Of a DNA stretch of 58,089 nt, positions 10,301-17,070 are shown in pieces. Source of the stretch: Clostridiales bacterium. Its GTDB lineage: Bacteria; Bacillota; Clostridia; Oscillospirales; Oscillospiraceae. Each line of letters begins with the position of its first letter. The first letter of the stretch is position 1. The DNA is taken from the NCBI GenBank assembly GCA_029267755.1, contig JAJUHS010000001.1:1-58089 (forward strand), in the 5' to 3' direction. The notes beneath the pieces are model-generated. The model was not told the origin of the DNA and made no database searches. It saw only the letters and a list, made by a program, of their open reading frames with translations. A program made the translations under genes and the position numbers.

Positions 10301-12363
10301 ACATCGCTGTAAGCCTTCATCGTGCGCGTAGTCTGGTTGTTCGTAATATTCTGACCGCCGCCGAAGCCCGCGAAGGCCATGATGTTGCTGGAAGCCGCAT
10401 TGATGTGGTAAAGGGGGCTTGCGGCGTAGGCGCGCTCTATGGCCGCAAAAAGCTCGTCGGCCGTATAGGTATAGGTCCCTTTCGTAATGACGGTGCTGCC
10501 GCCACCGTATGCGTTTGGTCCGAGAACCGCAAACCACTTGCCGATATAGGCATCGTCAACTATAAATGTATAGTCAAGCCTGCCGTCCGCTCCGGTCGAG
10601 AAGGTGTAGGCCTGGCCGTTTAAGTCTGAAAGGCTTCCGTTTATGCCGTCTTTGTAATCCTTATACTGCGAAATAAAATTTCTCAGCATAAGAAGTCCCT
10701 TTCCCGGGCCGTACCAGTCGATTACCTCCGCCGCAGGAGCGGTTTCGCCGTCGCCTCCGCTGAGCATATTTGCGATCTTTGAGGCGGGGTCTCCCTCCTG
10801 GTCCTCGCGCTGGTCAAGGCCGAAGTTGATCAGGTCCGACCAGCCGTAACCGACGACGGAAGCCTGCACGCGGCTTGAAACGCCGATATTCCCGCCCACC
10901 TTGCCTTCAATGTCGGGATCGTCGCTCGATACCGCAGCCATCAGCGCGGAGTTTCCCCCCAGCGACTGACCGAATACCGCAAGCGTGTCCGGGTTAAGTC
11001 CGTACTTTGCGGCGTTCGCGCGGATATATCTGATGTTGCCCTTGATATCCGTGTAATGGTCGGGTGACACGTTCGACGGATAGTTGCGAAGATCAATGCC
11101 TACGACGGCGTAGCCCTTGGCGAGCATAGCGGTCAGATAGGTTCCTATTGCGGAATACTGCCCGTTGTAGCCATGGATGTAGAGTATCGCAGGATAGCCG
11201 CCATTCGGCGCCGCTGCGGTGGGAGTGTATATTACGCCGCGGAGTATCTTATATCCGGGCATGTAGAGCAGATCCGCCGCAGGCGTTATCTTCACCGTAT
11301 CGAGATAGTAGAAGTTCGGGAACGGCAGCGTGTTTTTCGCGTTTCCGGTATAGCTCTGAACCTCTCCGTTTCTGACCATATTGCCCTGCACGAGGAATTT
11401 TATCGTCTTTTCGAGCCCCTTGAACTCGGCGGCATTGTCTGCGCCTACAGTATACCTTGTGCCAGTTGGAAAAGATATCCAGCTGTCATTCTGCGTATTT
11501 TTCGTGTAGTTTATGTAGGTTCTGCTGCGGAAACGGTACATGGTACCGTTATAAGTTTTGCCGTCGATCGTAACCGCTCCGTTTAAAACGTTCTCGGTAT
11601 TGTCGACAAACGGGATGGTGACCGTTGAACCGTTTGCGCCGGAGGCGAAGGTGACCGTCACATTTTTTCCATAGAGGACAACGCGCATGCTCCCGTCTGC
11701 GAGGTTATATGCAACATAGTCGGAGCTGCGGTTTTCACAGGCCTGCTTGAGGTCAATATGCACAGCGGCGCTGCTGGAGCCGCTTTTGATATTTGCCGTT
11801 CCCTTGGCAATCACTGTTGCGGCTCCGGCTGCGCTCACATACTCAAGGGCTACTGTGACGTCTCCCCCTTTTTCGGAGCTTACAACCAGATCAGCAAAGG
11901 GATATCCCACAATATACTGGTTGCCGTACATCCTGTACATTAAGGACGAACTGAAGGTCGCGCCCTTGGAGTCGGGGATTCCTGAGGAATAATCGGTATC
12001 CAGACTGACGGTAAAGCTTCCCGCCTCGGGAACTGCCCACGAAAGAACCCCCGGATAGAGCGAGTCTATTTTGGAGCCTATCTCCGCGTTTTTCGAGTCC
12101 TTGACGTCGAGATAAAATTTAGTGTTTATGTAGTTCGTCGAAGGTTCGTTCGCGGGATCCGAATAGTCCTTACCCTCCTGCACGGTCAGGGCTTCAAGCG
12201 ATTCTGCGTAGAAGGATTTCGTAGTGTTTCCCACTGTGAAGAAATAATCGGGCGCCTTGGTTTCTATGGTGCTGTTGGACTCCGCGAACGCCGTCGGGAC
12301 GAGCGCCATGCTCATCGACGCTGCAAGCAGTATCGAAACGATTCGCTTTTTGTTCTTTTTCAT
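7366..12363 (-). CDS. Secreted giant protein: internal tandem duplication carrying two alpha/beta-hydrolase (GxSxG) modules
   Basis: Signal peptide KKRIVSILLAASMSMALVPTAFA. HGY motifs (LYIHGYNG and IFVHGYGG) and nucleophile elbows (FGQSLGGNS and YGQSLGGNS) are each exactly 834 codons apart. Start set to ATG 12363, 6 nt after GGAGG; the ORF-track start at 12369 is TTG. Confidence 0.8.
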   Translation of the reverse strand: MKKNKKRIVSILLAASMSMALVPTAFAESNSTIETKAPDYFFTVGNTTKSFYAESLEALTVQEGKDYSDPANEPSTNYINTKFYLDVKDSKNAEIGSKIDSLYPGVLSWAVPEAGSFTVSLDTDYSSGIPDSKGATFSSSLMYRMYGNQYIVGYPFADLVVSSEKGGDVTVALEYVSAAGAATVIAKGTANIKSGSSSAAVHIDLKQACENRSSDYVAYNLADGSMRVVLYGKNVTVTFASGANGSTVTIPFVDNTENVLNGAVTIDGKTYNGTMYRFRSRTYINYTKNTQNDSWISFPTGTRYTVGADNAAEFKGLEKTIKFLVQGNMVRNGEVQSYTGNAKNTLPFPNFYYLDTVKITPAADLLYMPGYKILRGVIYTPTAAAPNGGYPAILYIHGYNGQYSAIGTYLTAMLAKGYAVVGIDLRNYPSNVSPDHYTDIKGNIRYIRANAAKYGLNPDTLAVFGQSLGGNSALMAAVSSDDPDIEGKVGGNIGVSSRVQASVVGYGWSDLINFGLDQREDQEGDPASKIANMLSGGDGETAPAAEVIDWYGPGKGLLMLRNFISQYKDYKDGINGSLSDLNGQAYTFSTGADGRLDYTFIVDDAYIGKWFAVLGPNAYGGGSTVITKGTYTYTADELFAAIERAYAASPLYHINAASSNIMAFAGFGGGQNITNNQTTRTMKAYSDVDATAFEAANTQAGVSAYAYGSMEEVCASIDAYLDTYLKNKPEDTKIALYAADSKTRKYNVAANYVSSSSDVQPVIERDGAAWISLELLRSLIGSTVPAYEVPGQTMTVNGHIYGTVKYVTSITGLAVKYYPAGKKGSYIPWYDSNGKVLPEHGRLAGSYGIVTVSYANGNLLAKTMISTPPKNTVQESKTIRDTSYYTAAEGWNNQGVLINNTNSSAPKYYYNVPDLKGAASWRYSNTFPTEEENYSKLYLDDLDSIAEGGSGNSGTLNPALPDTAASMSGKSLSFSSAPNMSTSGSNLELVGFAQAYLWVTGAAGTKANLAVSIELGSKTGSSAIVSKNLSVDMTGNPVNVKVDFTDAITKSYAAGTYFKLNVSSDTEITIGTGGDSPSCIVLPTTEKNSNVYNGTVTLASGAQYAGTMYFFSDAKHLYYNGTWIKLPVDGYTVRYETISGGTVISKATFDDAGIVFEPEAIQFNGRAQDYTGGMARGGVAFPSFNRVQMTRIGIQPLTDGLYLPTMKSLNINIYLPNEAKSGAVPLVIFVHGYGGDISGIDSFLMACLANGYAVAGVDLRAYPPECTPDWYADISGNVRFLRANADKYNLNSEKFALYGQSLGGNSSLGAAVGAYSSIEGGVGGNTGISSRVQAAVIGYGWTDLINFGLDQRTDNAGRTDLLASMISGGDGENAPAASAINWYGAGKGFLMLRNFMEQYELYKKGINGSLANTEGRAYHFCENSEGELCYTFTIDSAYRERWFPFGTTDGLFAAGTVTTLGTYTYTVAEILAAIQRAAETSPISYVSPDDPVMALYGGFGGAQNITNNQSMRTFKELQNNGVLTFYYGNTQGNYGKTAVVKAGLLNYLDKWLKGNPKGTKIVLTPGSDTAVVNYVDRRIKTPLILDEKGTPYIPVSYVARVIGADVSGITASIAGVVEKNGALYTTAKNLSSIPAFKALTATWYAEDQTMVIFGNVDAANTNPDK

Positions 12364-12401
12364 ATTCAACCTCCATTCTTTATTTGGGCGAGACGTATAA
12401 C

Positions 12402-14795
12402 TTATTTTTTTGAAAGTTTCTTGTTCACAACAACATATCCTGCCCCGCAGACTGCGATTATCAAAATAAGTATTATCACCAGAGCCAGGGTGTTAACTCC
12501 GGATTTTGTCTGGTTATCGGTTGGGAAGGAGTAAGTGTTCGCCGCGCCGCCAGCATAGTTTTGGGCGACGCCGTCTGCAACCTTATCGCCCTCGGGCATG
12601 AAGGTAAAGCCGGCATTTTTGAATACTCCGGCGTTCTTCACAACCTTATACTCCGCTTCCTTGCTGCCGACGGCAAACTTGCTCCACTTTCCGTTTGCAT
12701 AGAGGTAGTAATTTTTCTTAAAAAGATACATAGTGCCGGGGCCGGTGTAGCTTCCGTCGGAGAAGGTAACCTTTCCGTTTATGACATTACTTACGCTTTG
12801 AACCATCGGAACCGTTATCGAGGACGCCTTGTCTCCACCCTGATACAGCGTTATCTTCGGCAGGTTAGAGGTCTTGAGGACGTACTTGCCTTCAACCAGG
12901 TCATAATACATATAGTGCTGGCTCGTAGCGGTGTTGGCGCAGGTCACGGTTACGCGAAGGCTCGTGTCCGCCGCGAGCTGCTGCGCCACGATATCGAATG
13001 TGGCTTCCAGATGAACCGGCTTTGCAAGGCCTTCCGAAAGCGCCGTCTGCACATCCTTGGTCGTACTGGTATGATATACGGTTCCGGGCGTTGAATCATA
13101 GAAATCGCTCTTGCCGGTGATACGGTGTGACGCCCTGATATATGCCCTTGAAAGATAAGTGGACTTTCCGTCAGGCGTAACCTTTTCAAGATACGCTATA
13201 AAATCTACATCATTGTAATTCTCGCACGAGATCCACAGGTCGAGTTTTGGAATACCGACTATCTGCGTCGTACTCTTAAAAGGAGCACTTGTAAATGTAA
13301 GGCCCTTGGAATCTACTGCCTGTGACCAGTCTTCTGTCGATGTCAGGTTCATGCCGTTATAGTCGGCGGGAACCTTAATGCTGGTATCCACCGTGTACTT
13401 TATTGACGAATCCGCGGGTTTGGACGCAGAGAGTGCGCCGTTGTTGCTCTGAGCCCCTGAAAGCTTAAGCGCGTCGCCGATAGTGCCCTGGTTTGAAAAG
13501 TACATGACTGTATTTTGCTGGTTATCAAGAGGAAGGTTGTCGGCATATCTCCATTCCTTGCCCGAATCGGCTCCCGCAACGTAGTAGTAAAACGGAGGGG
13601 CTTTATCATATCCGTTGTCGATACCTTTAAGAAGGTAATCAAACCAGCGCAGGTAGTCTGCCTCGACGTCAAACGTTGAGTTTGGATAAAGTTTGTCGCT
13701 CATCGTGCCTCTGATAGCACCGCTGTGGTTCCAAGGGCCGAGGACGACAGTCCCGCCCCATGCGTTCGCCTCAATTACCTGGGCCGTGGCATTGGAGTCG
13801 AAGTATCCCGCAAGCTGGTGTATCTTAATGCCGCTCGCCTTTATCTTGCTGCTGTACTCTACCGGCGGTATGGTAAGATTAACTTTTTCATTATAAAGAT
13901 CTTTATGCTCCTGATCCCTTAAGAGGTTTGGCATCAGCAGGTAACTTGTGAAGGGCTTGTTTTTCATGGTCTGAATAACGTAAGCCTGATAAGCCTGCTC
14001 GCCCTTGGGATCATCGTCTACAAACTTTGTGGTCGTTTTGGCTTTCCATTCCTCATAACTCTTTGGAGTGGTATCAAGAGCAGTTCCCGAGAGATTCATA
14101 CCGCTCGGACATGTCGATACGCCGTTTATATAGTCCTGATAGTAGAAGTCGGGATTGTTTACAACCGGAGTAATACCCAGCAGCCCCTTCGGAGCCTCAA
14201 CCATCGTGGAGTTCTGGATAAGTCCCCTGTTTGAGCCGCCCATCATGGCGTACTTGCCGTTCGACCAGCTCTGGTTTGCTATCCATTTTTCCATGATATA
14301 AGCAACATCCTTGCGGTTCTCCACGGACGCAAAGCTGTTGCATACGCCGAACGAAGCCCCGCAGCCTCTCATTTCGACTATGACGTAGGCATATCCGTTT
14401 CTTACGAGGTTTAGAGCCAACTTTCCTCCCCCGTTCGTATCTGTTTCGGTGAATCGTCCGCCCCTCGATACGGTGACAACCGTCGGAAATTTTCCTTCCA
14501 CGACTTTGCCGTTTGAGTCTGCCGGCAGAACGTAATCAAGCGCCAGCTTTACTGTTTGACCGGTATAATCCGGGTCTGAGCGCGCAGCGTCAACATAAAA
14601 TGCGGGCACTTCAACATAAAGGGATTTCACAACATATTTAGGATAATCTTCTTTGCCATAACCGGCATACTTGCCGTAGGTGGACTGCTTCGCCGCTGCG
14701 CTGTCGGCGGCGAATGCCCCCGCGCCCATAGCGGCTATAAGGCTGGATATAAGGATCGACGGAACTATTCTTTTAAGAATTCTACTTTTTTTCAT
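12402..14795 (-). CDS. CocE/NonD (peptidase S15) family hydrolase with signal peptide and C-terminal TM anchor
   Basis: YVIVEMRGCGASFG and MMGGSNRG motifs are typical of X-Pro dipeptidyl-peptidase/CocE-like hydrolases. N-terminal signal peptide. C-terminal LALVIILILIIAVCGAGYVVV followed by KKLSKK. A 38-nt gap (12364-12401) separates it from the downstream giant hydrolase gene. Confidence 0.75.
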   Translation of the reverse strand: MKKSRILKRIVPSILISSLIAAMGAGAFAADSAAAKQSTYGKYAGYGKEDYPKYVVKSLYVEVPAFYVDAARSDPDYTGQTVKLALDYVLPADSNGKVVEGKFPTVVTVSRGGRFTETDTNGGGKLALNLVRNGYAYVIVEMRGCGASFGVCNSFASVENRKDVAYIMEKWIANQSWSNGKYAMMGGSNRGLIQNSTMVEAPKGLLGITPVVNNPDFYYQDYINGVSTCPSGMNLSGTALDTTPKSYEEWKAKTTTKFVDDDPKGEQAYQAYVIQTMKNKPFTSYLLMPNLLRDQEHKDLYNEKVNLTIPPVEYSSKIKASGIKIHQLAGYFDSNATAQVIEANAWGGTVVLGPWNHSGAIRGTMSDKLYPNSTFDVEADYLRWFDYLLKGIDNGYDKAPPFYYYVAGADSGKEWRYADNLPLDNQQNTVMYFSNQGTIGDALKLSGAQSNNGALSASKPADSSIKYTVDTSIKVPADYNGMNLTSTEDWSQAVDSKGLTFTSAPFKSTTQIVGIPKLDLWISCENYNDVDFIAYLEKVTPDGKSTYLSRAYIRASHRITGKSDFYDSTPGTVYHTSTTKDVQTALSEGLAKPVHLEATFDIVAQQLAADTSLRVTVTCANTATSQHYMYYDLVEGKYVLKTSNLPKITLYQGGDKASSITVPMVQSVSNVINGKVTFSDGSYTGPGTMYLFKKNYYLYANGKWSKFAVGSKEAEYKVVKNAGVFKNAGFTFMPEGDKVADGVAQNYAGGAANTYSFPTDNQTKSGVNTLALVIILILIIAVCGAGYVVVNKKLSKK

Positions 14796-15141
14796 TAAAA
14801 CGCCTTCTTTCTTTTATCGTCCTTTTTTATAATAAGTAATATTCAATACCTATACTTTCAAGCGTATATCACCTGCTTTTGGACGGTTAATTCATAGCAG
14901 CATGTTTGATTGCACCCTGCAAAACCTGATTTCGCTCTTAATAAAATTTATTACTTTATCACAAAATTATCAATAAACAATCGGTTTAATTTGGATGAAC
15001 TTTAGTTTATTTGATGTTATGGCTTACGAAAAGCAGAAATCCGGCTCCAAGAATTAATTATAAATACCCATCGAACAGGTTGACTTATTTTCTTAATAGT
15101 TTATTATTAGAATGCCTAGATAATTTTTGGAGGGAAGCCTT

Positions 15142-16161
15142 TTGGACGCACGCAATTTTATATTGCTTTTGATTCGCATAGTATTTCCACTTGTTAACGC
15201 GGTTGCTTTCTTTGGGCTTTTTGCTGTCAAAAAGAAAAGAATCTATCTATGCCTTTTTATATTGTTTTTATGCTCTTTTTTTGATACCGTTTTCAATTTA
15301 TCCCATTACTTCTTTCCGGATATCGTTTTTAACCGAAGCCCCAGGCAATATGTTCCCTTCATCCAGGCGTTTCTTAGAGAAGCCTGCACCTTCACGAGGA
15401 TATATTGCTATTACAGGTTCGGAAACCTTCTTTTCGGCCGCAAAGAAAATGCAAAAACCATTGCCGTCTGTATTTTATTTGCATCCGCAATCATGTTGTC
15501 TCCACTTCTCAGAGGCGAAAATCTGGATTATATCAGATACTATGGAGTGCTTTTCACTTATACTGCGGTCGTTTGGTCCGTTCTAATTTCCGGGCTTGTC
15601 CGAATTGTCCGCAACCGTGATAAATTCAACAAATTTTATTGCACCTCTCTCATCCTCCTTTACTTATTCACTCTGCTCTGCTATATTGCTTCCTTTGCTC
15701 TTACAATCTTCGAAAATCTGGCCTTCACCGATCCGGGTAATTTTACCAAATTGGCGACAATGATTTTCTGCTTTGCCGGCGCAGGTTGGATAATTATCGA
15801 GCTTCGCAGCGGAAAAGCTTTTACGGCAGTGACGGTCTCGCCCGCCCCTCCATCCCCGCAACCTGAAAAAGAGCAGCCGCAATCCGACCCTATTGAACTG
15901 ATACGGCGCAGATACCAGCTCACAGACCGTGAGCTGGAAATACTTGTCCTAATGCTGGAGGGAAAGACAAACGAGGAAATCGCGCAGATACTCTGGGTCG
16001 CTGTGGGAACGGTAAAGTCGCATATACACAACATTTTTGGAAAGATGGGCATTACAAGGCGAAGCCAGCTTTTCGGCATCCCGGATATCAACCTTATAAT
16101 TGTCAAAAGGCAAATTGGGAAGGAAGTTCCGTCCCAAATAGCATCTCAACCGGTAAGGTAA
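15142..16161 (+). CDS. Membrane-embedded LuxR-family transcriptional regulator (multi-TM N-terminus plus C-terminal HTH)
   Basis: C-terminus LTDRELEILVLMLEGKTNEEIAQILWVAVGTVKSHIHNIFGKMGITRRSQL is a LuxR/GerE HTH. About 230 aa of hydrophobic helices lie upstream. No in-frame ATG for the first ~110 codons. TTG 15142 lies 7 nt after GGAGGG; TTG 15127 is also possible. Confidence 0.7.
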   Translation: MDARNFILLLIRIVFPLVNAVAFFGLFAVKKKRIYLCLFILFLCSFFDTVFNLSHYFFPDIVFNRSPRQYVPFIQAFLREACTFTRIYCYYRFGNLLFGRKENAKTIAVCILFASAIMLSPLLRGENLDYIRYYGVLFTYTAVVWSVLISGLVRIVRNRDKFNKFYCTSLILLYLFTLLCYIASFALTIFENLAFTDPGNFTKLATMIFCFAGAGWIIIELRSGKAFTAVTVSPAPPSPQPEKEQPQSDPIELIRRRYQLTDRELEILVLMLEGKTNEEIAQILWVAVGTVKSHIHNIFGKMGITRRSQLFGIPDINLIIVKRQIGKEVPSQIASQPVR

Positions 16162-16167
16162 CAAGAG

Positions 16168-17019
16168 GTGAATAAATTGAGCTATGAGTGCCACGGGCAC
16201 ATTGTCCTTGACGGGATAAACTACAAAGCATCTATGAAGCGGCATAAAGACGGCGTTGACGAAGCTTTTGTGCGCGGCAATCTTAAGGCCCTGGCGGATG
16301 CCGGCGTATCCTTTTACAGGGACGGCGGGGACAATCTGATGGTGTCGGCTTTTGCAAAGAAGGTCGCCCCGGAATACGGCATTGACTACCGGACGCCTAT
16401 ATATGCCATTCACAAGAAGGGCTGTTACGGCGAAATGTTCGGACTTGACTTTGAAACCATGTCTGAGTATAAAACTCTTGTAACGAACGCAAAAAAGCTC
16501 GGCGCGGATTTCATAAAGCTCATGGCGTCGGGCATTATGGATTATGACGCAGGCGGCAGGGTTATAGGCCCCGCGCTTGGGTACTCCGAGCTTTGCGAAG
16601 CCGTTAAAATAGCAGAAGGCGAGGGGCTTAAAATCATGGCTCATGTCAACGGCTCCGAAAACATAAAAAACGCCCTGTCGGCGGGCGTAAAAAGCGTTGA
16701 GCACGGTTTCCGTCCCGACAGGGATGTTATTGATCTGTTTCTCGAAACCGGCGCCGTATGGGTGCCGACCCGCTCTCCGCTGGAAAATCTCATTGGCTGC
16801 GGCAGGTTTGATGACGTAGTTCTCAGGAGTATCCTGGACGAGCAGGAAGCGATACTGAATGAGGCCTACGGGCGAGGCGCTTACATTGCTTCCGGCAGCG
16901 ACTGCGGATCCTACCTCGTTTATCAGGGCAAAGGTACCTCGGACGAATACGGATACCTTGAAAGTATGGGAGTAGACCCCATGCGCGGAAATCGCAGAAT
17001 AGAGGAGTTATTCAAATAA
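16168..17019 (+). CDS. Amidohydrolase-superfamily metal-dependent hydrolase
   Basis: HxH (ECHGHIVLDG), later His residues (MAHVNGSE, SVEHGF) and Asp (SGSDCG) in the usual order. GTG 16168 or TTG 16177 start, 6-15 nt after the LuxR stop, which suggests co-transcription. Confidence 0.7.
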   Translation: MNKLSYECHGHIVLDGINYKASMKRHKDGVDEAFVRGNLKALADAGVSFYRDGGDNLMVSAFAKKVAPEYGIDYRTPIYAIHKKGCYGEMFGLDFETMSEYKTLVTNAKKLGADFIKLMASGIMDYDAGGRVIGPALGYSELCEAVKIAEGEGLKIMAHVNGSENIKNALSAGVKSVEHGFRPDRDVIDLFLETGAVWVPTRSPLENLIGCGRFDDVVLRSILDEQEAILNEAYGRGAYIASGSDCGSYLVYQGKGTSDEYGYLESMGVDPMRGNRRIEELFK

Positions 17020-17025
17020 ATAGTT

Positions 17026-17060
17026 AAAAAGGGGGGCTTAAAACCAAGCCCCCTTTTATA
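17026..17060. terminator. Bidirectional terminator between convergent genes
   Basis: AAAAA-GGGGGCTT-aaaacc-AAGCCCCC-TTTTATAT. Confidence 0.7.
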
Positions 17061-17070
17061 TCCTTTTAGG

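Noticed and set aside
15949-16704. 251-aa ORF on the minus strand
   Set aside because: It lies entirely antisense to the LuxR 3' end and the amidohydrolase, both of which have clear family motifs. Its product is Arg/His/Cys-rich nonsense with no RBS. This is a typical shadow ORF.
7366-17019. Hydrolase locus considered as a mobile element or genomic island
   Set aside because: It is adjacent to a tRNA and its regulator gene is AT-rich. However, no integrase, transposase, direct tRNA-fragment repeat or att-like duplication is visible in the window, so island status cannot be supported from the sequence alone.
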